A DNA stretch of 64,000 nt, taken from the NCBI RefSeq assembly GCF_001194135.2, contig NC_068988.1:84071360-84135359 (forward strand). Reading direction: 5' to 3'. Both the position numbers and the translations under genes were made by a program. The first letter of the stretch is position 1. Each line of letters starts with the position of its first letter. A model generated the notes under the pieces. The model was given only the letters and a program-made list of their open reading frames with translations. It did not search any database and was not told the DNA's origin. Below are positions 36,435 to 49,103 of this stretch, one piece after another. The DNA is from Octopus bimaculoides (taxonomy: Eukaryota).

Positions 36435-37147
36435 TGTATCATCATCATCATCATCATCATTTAACGTCCGCTTTCCATGCTAGCATGAGTTGGACGATTT
36501 GACTGAGGACTGGTGAACCAGATGGCTACACCAGGCTCCAATCTGATCTGCCAGAGTTTCTACAGCTGGATGCCCTTCCTAACGCCAACCACTCCAAGAG
36601 TGTAGTGAGTGCTTTTACGTGCCACCGGTACGAAGGCCAGTCAGGCGGTACTGGCAACGGCCACNNNNNNNNNNNNNNNNNNNNNNNNNNNNNNNNNNNN
36701 NNNNNNNNNNNNNNNNNNNNNNNNNNNNNNNNNNNNNNNNNNNNNNNNNNNNNNNNNNNNNNNNNNNNNNNNNNNNNNNNNNNNNNNNNNNNNNNNNNNN
36801 NNNNNNNNNNNNNNNNNNNNNNNNNNNNNNNNNNNNNNNNNNNNNNNNNNNNNNNNNNNNNNNNNNNNNNNNNNNNNNNNNNNNNNNNNNNNNNNNNNNN
36901 NNNNNNNNNNNNNNNNNNNNNNNNNNNNNNNNNNNNNNNNNNNNNNNNNNNNNNNNNNNNNNNNNNNNNNNNNNNNNNNNNNNNNNNNNNNNNNNNNNNN
37001 NNNNNNNNNNNNNNNNNNNNNNNNNNNNNNNNNNNNNNNNNNNNNNNNNNAAAATGGTGTATTTTATGTGCCACCTGCACAGGGGCCAGTCTAGTGGCAC
37101 TGGCAACGATCTCGCTTGAATGTCTTTACACATGCCACCGGCACAGG

Positions 37148-37150
<3 letters not shown>
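36435..37150 (-). mobile_element. RTE LINE 3' end with gap inside the UTR array
   Basis: Tail plus array units on both sides of the N run. Confidence 0.8.
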
Positions 37151-37186
<36 letters not shown>

Positions 37187-38159
37187 TACATGCACACACA
37201 CACGTATATATGTAAATAGATATATATGATGATAATGATGATGTGCAGAGAGAGTGTGATGCAAAAGCAGTTCACCATGTTTTTTCTAAATTCACTTTTC
37301 TATAGTGTTATCAGCTTATCAAAACTGGTGAATTTTCTACACAAAGAAGCGATTCAAAAACGAGATATCTTCTATAGTAGATTTGTTCATCCTATGGAGA
37401 AATGGGTGTAAAAATATTGCTGGTAATGATGATGATGATGATGATCTGTGAGTTTTACCAGAAACTGTAATATCAATGCTAAATACCTTACTTTATTCAG
37501 TACTTCCATTCTTCTATGATACATGTTCAAATATCTTGAGGGGGCCTCTTGATGATGATGATGAGGAGAAGGAAGGGGAGGAGGAAGGGGAGGAGGGAGG
37601 TATGTGGTGCTAATGAACCTTTACTGAGTGGCTATCGTATCAAACTACTATCTCTTGTATTTCCATATTACTCTGGGGAAAGTGGCACCAGATCATCTGG
37701 GCATGTTGCTACCTGTGATAGATTGATGTTCTTATACAGGAAAAATATACATTTGATACTCACAATACATTTGATGAACCAACAAGTGAGCCTCTACAGA
37801 GAAGTTTGTCTTGCCAGAAATAGCAGCTGAATTTCCCTCTCATCATACACTACCGTCTTAAATAAAGGACACGTGATATACACAAAGAAGGAATGGCCAT
37901 GACATTGGTCATTGGTCTGCTTAATCAAGGCTTGAAGTACTACTGGCCATCACTGTTGTTGTCATAGTAATCATTACCCATCATTGTCACTATCACCACC
38001 ATACGACCACTGCCACCACCACCTCCACCAACTCTATCACCACTTTCATCATCACCATCATGGAGTTAAGCATTTTGGCCCTCAAAAGTACTTCGTGACT
38101 GTGAAGTTATTTGTAGATATAGGGGTGGAGTAAGCATTTTATTTTGGCACTTTGAGCAA

Positions 38160-38230
38160 ATAATATCTTCTACTACAGCCTTGAGCTGACCAAGCCTTGT
38201 GAGTGGATTGGGTAGACAGAAGCTGAAAGT

Positions 38231-38292
<62 letters not shown>

Positions 38293-38499
38293 TGTATGTA
38301 TGTCTATGTGTGTCTCTGTGTTTGTCCCCACCATCGTTTGACAACCAGTGTAACTTAGTGGTTTGGCAAAAGAAACTGATAGAATAAGTACTAGGCTTAA
38401 AAAAAAAAAATCCTAAGGTCGATTTGTTCTACTAAAACCCTTCAAGGTAGTGCCCCAGCATGGCTGCAGTCTAATGACTGAAACAAGTAAAAGATAAAA

Positions 38500-38500
<1 letters not shown>
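38160..38500 (+). mobile_element. SINE family B
   Basis: Body and 3' end similarity. Confidence 0.7.
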
Positions 38501-38545
<45 letters not shown>

Positions 38546-38984
38546 CATGTATATATATATATATCAATGTTATAGGTGGGCTCAAGTTGGCTGATTGAGT
38601 TTGCTACATAAACCTTCTCTAATCAAAATAAATACAAAATCAATATATTAATCAATTATTTAGCAGTGTGAAACTTGTTTGCTATTATTCACTAAGTGGT
38701 GTTAATAGTACAGTAACACACTTTCAATGTATCTGAAAAAAAACAGTGCAATGTACTTTAAAAATACTGTACTATACTGTACAATAGTTACTAATACTGT
38801 ACACTACCATACACTTTTCTTCAGCATTGTGTAGTAGTGTGTATTTGTAAAATAGCATGCAGAATTACATAAGATTGCAAAATAGATCAAACAGAATTCA
38901 CTGAAACAGACTTTCTATGGCCAGAGGATGCCCTTGTTGTCATTAACCCTCACTTGTTTGTATGTAAGGTAATATTGGTTTCAA

Positions 38985-39190
38985 ATTTTGACACAAGGCC
39001 AGCATTTCTGGGTGGGGTGGGAGGGTTAAGTTGATTACATTGACCCTAGTTTTCAACTGGTACTTATTTTTATCGACCATGAAAGGATGAAAGTCAACCT
39101 TGGTGGAATTTGAATTCAGAATGTAAAGATGGACGAAATGTTGCTAAGCATTTTTGTCTGGTGTGCTAACAATTCTGCCAGCTCACTTCC
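38985..39190 (-). mobile_element. SINE family C nested in an older repeat
   Basis: Reverse-complement SINE C; flanking older repeat at ~38890-38985 and ~39190-39330. Confidence 0.7.
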
Positions 39191-39344
39191 TTCAAGTAAG
39201 GTAATATTCCCCCTTGACCGGACATGTTTTCATGGAAGACTAGAAATGAATGTCATCAGTTGTAAGATGGTGATGCCCACTTACCTCACAGTGATTACAT
39301 AATGTCTAGACAAGATGACACAAACACATACACAAATGGTATCC

Positions 39345-39560
39345 ATATTCTTTTACTTGTTTCAGTCATTTGACTGTGGCCATGCTGGAGCACTGCCTTT
39401 AGTCGAGCAAATCGACCTCAGGACTTATTCTTTGTAAGTCTAGTACTTATTCTATTGGTCTCTTTGCCAAACCGCTAAGTTATGGAGATGTCAACACACC
39501 AGCATCAGTTGTCAAGCAATGTTGGGGACACGGACACACACACACACACAAACACACACA

Positions 39561-39616
<56 letters not shown>

Positions 39617-39785
39617 CAACGGGCTTCTTTCAGTTTCCATCTACCAAATCCACTCTCAAGGCTTTGGTCTGCCCAAGGTTATAGTAGAAGACACTTACTC
39701 AAGGTGCCATGCAGTGGGACTGAACCTGGAACCATGTGGCTGGTATGCAAGCTACTTACCACACAACCACTCATGCGCCTCTGTA
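39345..39785 (-). mobile_element. SINE family B, full length
   Basis: Matches 14112-14493. Confidence 0.85.
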
Positions 39786-39859
39786 TAATAAAATATAAAT
39801 TACCAGTTTCCATCTGTTTTCTACCAAATCCACTCACAAGGTTTTGGTAAGTTTAAAGT

Positions 39860-40340
39860 ATTGTATTATACAATATAATACTGTATAACACTGAACAATA
39901 CTTTTCAGTATTGTTGAAAATTGTAAAATATTGTACAATATTGAATAGCATTGTACAACACAGCAGAGTACTATACAATATTGTTCAGTGTTGTATAATT
40001 GTAAAATATTTCTCAGTATTATGGAGTATTGTAAAATATTGTATAGTAATATAGAATATTGTAGAATATAGTAGAATATTGTACAACACAGCTTAGTGCT
40101 GTACAATATTGTACAAATGCTATATAGTATGTTACAATACTATACAATATCGTACAATATTGTACAAGTATATATATATTTACTATATATATGTGTTTAG
40201 GACCATATAGTATTTTATAATGTTGTACAGAACTATGCTATATACTATACTATACATACTTGATAGTATACAATGTTGCATGCCATTTCTACAGTACAGT
40301 ATTGCATAATACTGTACATTACTACACAAATACTATACAG
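39860..40340. repeat. degenerate AT-rich minisatellite (TACAATATTG-like)
   Basis: Recurring TATTGTACAATA motifs. Confidence 0.75.
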
Positions 40341-40928
40341 TAATATCATGTAATGGATGCAGCATGGCTGATTGGTTAAGAAGTTTACTTCACAATCACA
40401 AGGTCCCGGTTTCAGTCTCCCTATGCGGCATCTTAGGCAAGTGTCTTTACTATAGCCTTGGATTATTAGCCTTGTGAAAGAAATTGGAAAGATGAGAAAT
40501 ATCAGTGATTCAAAGATCTAGCTTTGTCACACGCAACATCATTCTGATTTTTCCTTGGAATTACATTAAAGGTACACATATCTGTGAAATACTAAGCCAC
40601 TTCAAAGTCTAGGCCATTCAATTGATCAAACAACTGAATGCTCATAGTCAAAATTAACGGAAGATCCAATTTGTGCGAGTGAGTAACTTACTGGTTTGGC
40701 TATTTGACTTACAATCATAAGGAAATGGGTTCAATTCATTGACCAGATTGTGCATTGCATTCTTGAGCAAGACACTGCATTTCACATTGCTTCTGCCTAT
40801 TTGGCTGAATTGAGTCCTAGCTGGTTGCTGGTACTGCCATCACTCCTTCCAGCAGTTACATTCTGAATGTTCTTCTGGGTGAGGAACAAGACCGTGTTTA
40901 CGTCTGGTCATGGTTATATAGAAACCTA

Positions 40929-41274
40929 AGCATTCTGCATTTCTTACTTAATATAAATACTCTGCAGAAAGCCACGCAACTACAGTATTCTTCTCAAGAA
41001 AGCACGTTGCACAGACGTATAGTACCAAAAAGTACAGAAGAACATCAGTAGCATGCAGTTGCAGGTGGATGCATGCTGCTACTGATGATGCACAAATATA
41101 CAGAAATCTGGATTTGGCAATTACACCACTGCTGCTGGATAACTTTCATCTGCTAGTGATATCCTTTCAGTGCTTTTTGACACTACATATCTGTTGAGAT
41201 ACTTTCTCTGGATGAATATTGCATTGTTTGGCTTTCTAAAGTGTATTCACGGTGAGTAAGATATACAGAATGCT
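40929..41274. repeat. diverged long inverted repeat (MITE-like fold-back)
   Basis: ~120-nt arms 40929-41052 and 41151-41274 align as reverse complements. Confidence 0.75.
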
Positions 41275-42078
41275 GTTTGAAATAATACTGCTTCCATTAA
41301 TGATAATGAATTAAAACAATTGGCAAAAGTATAATAAATGCAACAAAGCTTCCAATTCTGAGAGACTACACAAGAAAAACTGTAAAAAAGTTTGAATAAG
41401 CATACTTAGACTTGAGAGTTTCATGCAGTCACTTATCAAACTAAAGAACACTTACAAATTTTTGGACATTTTTTATATATATATTATAAGGTTAAAATGC
41501 AGAAGTGGACAATAACATACCAACTATTTTAAATTGCTTCAAAAATTTCTCAAATTTATTTCTTGAGTATGTATATCCTGTAGAGTCAATTTTTTTGTTA
41601 ATTTACGGGAAAGAATTATCTGAATAGAGAGAAAGGAGATGAATGAGAGAGAGAGAGAAGGAATTATGCACTTTGAATTTCATTTATTAGTATGATGTAT
41701 GACATTAATAGCAATTGTTTCAAACATTGACACATTAATGTTTCTAATATATATCCAGGAATTTTGGATATATATATTAGCTCAAGTACTACTTCATGAG
41801 GTCTGCATTTTATCAATGCCAGAAGGATGAAGCGCTAAGATGACTTTGGCAGGATTTTGTAAGAATGTAAAGGATCAGACCAAATAGCATAAAGAATTTT
41901 GTCCAATACTCAATGAATCTACCTATCCAATGATGGTGGTGGTGGTGGTGGTGGTGGCAGTGGCAGTGGTGGTGGCTGTAGTGGCAGCAGCAGAAGAGGC
42001 ATAGGAGGAGGTGTTGATATGTATATGTGTGACTGAAAAACCTCTTCTGTTATCCTCTCAAACTAAGTCAAAACTCAC

Positions 42079-42125
42079 ACTGTCCCTAAAGGCAACCTTT
42101 TTGTTGAAGTAATGAACTAAGTAGC
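42079..42125 (-). CDS. candidate 47-nt exon (xYLVHYFNKKVAFRDS)
   Basis: Acceptor gatttaaacag, donor AGT/gtgagt, one open frame, unique sequence. Confidence 0.25.
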
Positions 42126-42420
42126 CTGTTTAAATCAGCCAGGGATAGAAACAAAGAAGGAGAGTGAAAATTGTTCATTGGCAAATAATTTTGTTCAACA
42201 GACAGTTGTAAACATGCCTGGTCAAAATATTACCTTGCTTGGAAACAGATAAGGGCAGGTAACATGAAGAGCATCTGGCCAGAGAAAAATCTGCCTCAAT
42301 AAATTACATCTAACTCAAGCATAGCAAGATGGATGGTACACAATAATGATGAAGATGATGGTTATACATACATACATGCATACATACATACATACATACA
42401 TACATACATACATACATACA

Positions 42421-42452
<32 letters not shown>

Positions 42453-42818
42453 CAGGGTGTGGTAAATAAATTGTCATCTAAATTACACAAAAATGAAAAT
42501 AATGAGTTTTCTGAGCTGCCATACCTTTGTAATCATCATTAGTTTCATCCAACTCTTTCTGAATCCTTTGCATTGTCCTCAGATTGACATCCAAACACCC
42601 TGAAATGTTCGTATTGGAGCTTCCGGCGCGAATGCCAAGCAGTACAACATATCTTTTCCAAATTTCTGGCAAAGTGAATTGTGTTATGGTGCTGTTTTTC
42701 TCACAGATGGTGTCCAGCTGACCTTACTGTACTGTGTAGTCGACAAAATCAAAAGCAAACAATACACAGGCGCAAAATTAAAAATATAAAATGGTGACAA
42801 TTTACTCATCGAACCCTG
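42453..42818 (-). mobile_element. non-autonomous maT-like deletion derivative
   Basis: TIRs CAGGGTGTGGTAAATAAATTGTCA / TGACAATTTACTCATCGAACCCTG, TA on both sides, transposase N-terminus only. Confidence 0.88.
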
Positions 42819-42830
42819 TATATATATATG

Positions 42831-42883
<53 letters not shown>

Positions 42884-43399
42884 GGAGCAAGAGATAAAGG
42901 GGAAAAGTGATTAAAAATCCAAGGAAATACTTTAAAAGCACTCTGTTGAGATCAAACTTGGATAACTAAATTATCCAATGAGAGCCATTGTAATCCATGT
43001 AGGCTGCAAATTTACTTTGTACTGTCTGTCTAGTTTATAAATTCAAAGTTGAAACATGAGTAGCTCAAGTATGAGGCCACCGAATATAGTAGAAAATCAG
43101 CTTAACTAAAAACAATTATAAGCTCTATTATTAAGAGTGTCTCCCTTAGAATCTCAACGCTTTCAGTTAATGCAAAAAATATTTGAACAAAATGAGAAAT
43201 ATTACAATGTAGCTTTAGCCAAAGCTGGCTACAGGGCTAAAATTTATTATATTCCTAATGGTACAATTAGAATACATATAAAGGTACAGAGATAATGGAA
43301 TTGATGAATAATGGAAGCAATCACCATAACAGTAAAAATCAAAAATTAAAATATGATGGTATACTTTAACAGGTGGAATTTTAAGAAAAGCTTTACTTA

Positions 43400-44880
43400 A
43401 TAATTTAAAAGGAGGTACAGATAAAGTGAGCAATTATGAAAATATTCTAATTAATAGAAACAGTGATATGATGGGTGAGAGTAACTGTATGGACCTAGTG
43501 ACTAAACTTTCAATTAATGAGACCATTATAACAACTAAGCAACCTTGGAATTTTATTTGGGATGATGTTGATGATGATGATGATTATGATAATAATAATA
43601 ATGGCAGGGGCAATGATTTTGATAGGAATATGGATGATAATGATAATGTTGGTACTCAAAAAATATAGTTATAAGAATGAAGATAATATAATTGACTCAG
43701 ACCCAGAGATTGAATTTACTAATAACTAAATGCATTGGGATATGTTAAGAAATAGTAACTCCAATATCAATCCTAGAAAGTGGAGAGCTTGCTTGAGGCA
43801 GGTTACATGATATAATGTACCATATGGGGCCCAAATAGCCATCAATATACCAGATGGATTTTTCACAGCTCTAGACAAGCATTTCCCACCATCAAGTAAA
43901 TGTGGTAGATTATTTAACACACATGCAATTAGATTTGCCTTTTCTTCTCCAAGAAATTCAGCTGAAACTATAGCAGCACATAATACTTGCAAGTTAAGAG
44001 ACTTTGTTGAAATGGATCAAGATAATCCACTTAAAAATAGTAAGGATAGTAATGGCAATAATAATAATAATAATAATGGTAATAATAATGTTAATAACTG
44101 TGGAAATGATAATGATGATATTAATAGTGGTTTCAAATTTTGGCACAAGGCCAGCAATTTTGGTGGGAAGTATAAGCCAATTACATCAACACCAGTGTTC
44201 AACTGGTGTTTATTTTATCAACCTCTAAATGATGAAATACAAAGTCAATCCCAGCTGAACAATAGTAATGAAAAACAACCTAGGGTTATATATAATAAAT
44301 CTGAACTAACTTGAATAGGGAAAACATGTGTACATCAGATGTATCATACACAGATATAGAAGAGATTCCTAGCTTAATACCTTATATTGACAATAGATAG
44401 AATGTGAACTTTCAGATGAAACCGTCTCTGAATAATAGGCTTATCTGGTTATGTAATTGTAGAAATCATCTAAAATGCCCATTAGATAACAAATGTTTAA
44501 GGAAGAACTTAGTTTGTAAATGTTCAGTAACAACAAAGGAATCCACTTACTATCATATAGGTGCTTGCACAACTGATTTTAAGTCCAGGCAGATTATATA
44601 ATCACGTTTCTTTGTTTAGACATAGAAAGAAAGAATGTTTTGTTTCTTTAAGTAAATACATACAGAGCATTAAAGGGAGGAATATTAGGTATGATATAAA
44701 ATGGTCCATATAAATAGTGAACTACCACATACTGATGGGAAATTATCATAAAATGTAATTTAAGCCTCAAAGAAACACTACATATCCTTACATTCAAATC
44801 TAACATATTAAATAAAAGAAATGTATTAATGTTAAGATGTTCACATTTATTTAGAACAACCTTTAAAATCTTTTCAAATA
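43400..44880 (+). mobile_element. Penelope-like element remnant (GIY-YIG region), interrupted
   Basis: RQVT*YNVPY..FFTALDKHFPP..LFNTH (~43796-43990) and CNCRNHLKCPLDNKCL..YHIGACTTDFKSR (~44450-44600). Confidence 0.75.
44105..44260 (-). mobile_element. SINE family C inserted in the Penelope-like remnant
   Basis: Reverse-complement body preceded by an (AAT)n tail. Confidence 0.65.
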
Positions 44881-45044
44881 AATGAAGTATTGATTAGTGT
44901 ACCCTTATATAATAGGTTGGTCTGTCCTCTCAGTTCAGTACATTTAACATATTTAACAGAGCTAATATTATTTGGTAGATATACTGTTTATTGTATCTAA
45001 TTATGTCACTTATCTTAATTTTTTAATTATCTATTATTATAATT

Positions 45045-45500
45045 GCTGGCAGAATCATTAGCATGCTGGTCAAAATGCTTAGCAGAGCATCTCATTTACC
45101 TTTAAGTTCTGAGTTTAAATTTCTGCTGAGATCGACTTTGCCTTTCATCCTTTCAGGGTTGATGAAAGAAGTACCAGTTGGGCACAAGGGCTGATGTAAT
45201 TGTCTAGCCCTTCACTTCAAAATTCAGGCCTTGTGTCAATAATAGAAAGGATTATAATCATCACTGTTATTGTTGTTATGATTATTGCTATTATAATAAG
45301 GCAGTGAGCTGGTAGGATTATTAGCATGCTGGGTGTAATGCTTAATGGCATTTCGTCTGTTTTTATGTTCTGGGTTCAAATTCTGCCAGGATTGACTTTG
45401 CCTTTCATCCTTTCAGGGTCAATAAAATAAGCACCAGTTGAACACTGAGGCCGATTTAGTCGACTTACCCACTTTCTTAAAATTTCAGGATTATTATTAT
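45045..45500 (+). mobile_element. two tandem SINE family C copies
   Basis: Head-to-tail, joined through an ATT-rich tail. Confidence 0.8.
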
Positions 45501-45899
45501 TATTCAAATTTTAAAATTCCACAATTTGATTATTTAATTAGTTTTTAATCAGTTTTAATTACTTTTAACTTATTTTTTAATTTGTTTTGAATTTATTTTT
45601 TAATTTATCTCCTTACTTTAAATTATCTTATTCATACTACATTTGTCTTACAGTTTAAATATTTATTTTATAATAAAAATAATTTTTTTGAAAGGAAATA
45701 TCTTCCTTAGAGAATTATATTGATTATTTTCCTCTGGAATTCTCAGTAACTCAACCTTATTTTTTACTCAAAGCTTATACTTAGAATTAATATTGCACAA
45801 ATGTCATTTGCATTGTGACTTAAATAATTTATCTAATGAACAGCGTAGTTCTACATTCCTCCACAGTGTATTTGAAGGGGTCAATAATAGTTTAAATGC

Positions 45900-46100
45900 A
45901 ACAAGCTGGCAGAAACGTTAGTTCTGCCAACGATATTTTGTCTGTCTTTACGTTCTGGTTTCAAATTCCGCTGAGGTTGACTTTGCCTTTCATCCTTTCA
46001 GGGTCACTAAATTAAGTATAAATTGTGTACTAGGGTCGATCTAATCAACTGGCCCCCTCCCCCAAAATTTCAGGCCTTATACCTAAAGTAGAAAATAATG
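45900..46100 (+). mobile_element. SINE family C
   Basis: GCTGGCAGAAACGTTAG..GTAGAAAA. Confidence 0.8.
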
Positions 46101-46319
46101 ATAGTTTAAATGCAGTGGGAATTTGTGATATATTGTTACAATTCTATCATAATCTGATAAATACAATGTGTATGTAGGTCTGCTGCTATACTTCTCTACC
46201 CCTCATACTGGTCAAGTATTGTTAGTTTTGCTATCTTTCTCCCTTAAAGCATTCTCCATTCCAAGCAGTGACGTATAGCCTTGATGAAGACAGGATAGTG
46301 TTAAATTTTTCAATCTCCT

Positions 46320-46700
46320 TACTCTTTTTACTCTTTTACTTGTTTCAGTCATTTGACTGCGGCCATGCTGGAGCACCGCCTTTAGTCGAGCAAATCGACC
46401 CCAGGACTTAATCTTTGGATGCCTAGTACTTATTCTTTCGGTCTCTTTTGCCGAACCGCTAAGTTACGGGGACATAAACACACCAGCATCGGTTGTCAAG
46501 TGATGTTGGAGGGACAAACACAGACATACAAACATATACTCATACATATATACATACATATATATACATATATACGACGGGCTTCTTTCAGTTTCCGTCT
46601 ACCAAATCCACTCACAAGGCTTTGGTCAGCCATGCAGTGGGAATGAACCCGGAACCATGTGGTTGGTAAGCAAGCTACTTACCACACAGCCACTCCTGTA
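46320..46700 (-). mobile_element. SINE family B, young
   Basis: Matches 14112-14493. Confidence 0.85.
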
Positions 46701-47795
46701 GAATCTTAGTCAATTAAATATGGGATCAATTAATATGCACAACTACTTGACTGCAGAATTATGTAATTTACCCATCTATTCAAAATGTAGGTAAGCTGAT
46801 TATTAGCATCATAGTTTAATGTCCATCTTCCATGCTAGCATGGTTTAAATGGTTCAACAGGTCCAGTGGGCCCAAAGAGTGCATCATGCTCCACTGTCTG
46901 CTTTGGCATGGTTTCTGCAGATGGATGCCCATTTCACACCAACCATTTTACAGCATGTACTAGAGCAGTTTATTTCAATTGAAATATGGTAATTAATGGA
47001 TTAATATAATTATTTTTTTTCAATAGCACAAGGTTAAAATTTTGGAGAGGAGTATAATCAATTAANNNNNNNNNNTTTTTTTTTTTTGTTTTTTGCAGAT
47101 AAAAGAGTAAGTTGACCTCAGCAGGATTAGGGATGTAAACTACCTTTACAGGTAAGAATATCTAAATTAAGAACAAGACTAACAATCTTGTGAAAATGAA
47201 ATTAATCAACTGATGCCAGTGTTTGAATGGTATTTATACTATCAACTTCAGAAGGCTGACAAGCAAAATTAAACTCAGTGAAAGTTTAACTCAAGTTGTA
47301 ACTGCCATCTAAAATAATAAAAATAACTTAGCAGTTCAACAAATAAAGATTGCTAAATTAAGTACTGGTCTGAAATAAACATTGGTGCCAATATAATTAG
47401 TTAAAATCTTGGAAACAAGCTCTAAAAACAATGTCATCTTAAGATACACACAGGGCAGTTGTCTAGGGGAACTATTAGACACAGGAATCCGGTACTATAT
47501 ATATCATGGCTTGCTATCAATAAATAAATGTAGGTGAAGGCATAGTATATTGCTTGCTAATGGGTCTGTAAGTTGTCAAGACAGCCCAGGCCAATTTGGC
47601 GACAGTCCAATGATTGAAATAAAAGAATAAAAAATCAACTGAATAAATAATATTGCTGCCAAATGTTTTTTGTTGATGAATAAATGCATTCCATTTGAAC
47701 ATAGACTTTGTTTTATAAATTGAGTCAGTAAACAAGTTAGTGATAGTAAACTATGTTAGCAGGAGCTTACTGTCATTGGAAATGAGAAGGAAGTA

Positions 47796-49091
47796 CAAGG
47801 TGATATCAAAAGGTTCCTGGACTAGCTATGTTTAATAAAAAATAACTTATTTACCTAAGTTTTAACATCATCTCCTTCGAAATAGTCACCTTGTGCAGCA
47901 ATACACCAGTTTCAGCATTCTTGCTACTCTTGGAATCCAGCCTGAGAATCGTTTTCCATAAGCAATTCGAGGACCTTCTGCAATTCGCTCTGGATCTCAA
48001 CAACGGTGTTAAAACAGTGACCTTTAAGCTGCCTTTTCATCTTGGGGAAGAGATAGAAGCCTGCAGGTACTAAATTTGGTGAATAGGATGGGTGCAGAAG
48101 TGACACTATGTTGTTTTTGGCAAGAAACTCACGAGTAAGGAGAGCTTGGTGACAGGGTGCATTGTTGTCATGAAGAATTCAATTCTTTGGGCTCCACAGC
48201 TCTGGTCACTTTCTCTGAATGTCTTCTATCAAAAACTTCTAAATGTCACAGTAGAACTCTCAATTCACAGTCTGGTCCTGGGGTATGAATTCTCAATGCA
48301 CAATACTGTGGATGTCAGAAAAAAATGATGAGCATGCTCTTGGTTTTGCTGCAACTCTGTGATGCCTTCTTCAGTTGTAGAGATGAAGGGCTCTTCCATT
48401 GTGATGATTGCTGCTTCATCTCAGGATTGTACATGTAGATCCACTTCTCATCACCAGTGATGATCTTTGACTTGAAGGATCGGTCATTAGCAGCATGCTG
48501 ATGGAGATCTCAACAGACTTCGATGCAATGTTCTTTCTGCTCAGTGGTCAGCAGGCGGGGGACCAGCTTGGCAGAGACACACTGCATGTTCAATTCAGAC
48601 ATTAGGATTGCCTGCACAGACCCATATGACAGACCAACTTCCAGCAATTTCCTTGATTGTCCTCTGATGATCCTCATGCACAGGCTGATGAATTTTCTCC
48701 ACGTTCCAAGGGGTGACACTTGTAGCAGGTCTTCCAAATTACTCATCATCTTCCAGGGATGTTCTTCCACTTTTGAAGCTTCTGTGCCACTCAAAACATT
48801 ATGCACGACTCATTGCCTCATTGCTGTGAGCTTGCTGAAACATGCTCAAAGTCTCTGTAGCAGACTTCCCAAGTTTAATGCAAAATGTTGTGTTTGTGAC
48901 AAAACTGCAGACTACAGCATACACATGGTCACAAAAACACAAATTGTACAACTTGCATAGTAAGCACAGTGATGTCACTTGGCACACTGCCTCATGAAGG
49001 TCACTGCTAGCTCCCACTGTGCACACAACTGTGTGCTGCCATCTGTTAGTGCACTACAGAAGTAGTCTGGGAACTTTTTGATACCACTTCA
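47796..49091 (-). mobile_element. full-length decayed mariner (Mos1-type) transposon
   Basis: Imperfect TIRs CAAGGTGATATCAAAAGGTTCCTGGAC / GTCTGGGAACTTTTTGATACCACTTCA, ~1.3 kb; pieces CIKLGKSATETLSM, VSAKLVPRLLTTEQK and HPSYSPNLVPAGFYLFPKMK. Confidence 0.9.
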
Positions 49092-49103
49092 TGAAGGCTC
49101 GTA

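Noticed and set aside
39285-39305. 21-nt minus-strand microexon TLCNHCE with good splice sites
   Set aside because: Lies within an alignable old repeat copy.
41171-41251. 81-nt plus-strand exon candidate with GTGAGT donor
   Set aside because: Coincides with one arm of the 40929-41274 inverted repeat, so it is probably element-derived.
47099-47151. Exon candidate with very strong acceptor and donor
   Set aside because: Stops in all three frames; the sequence resembles decayed antisense SINE C next to a gap.
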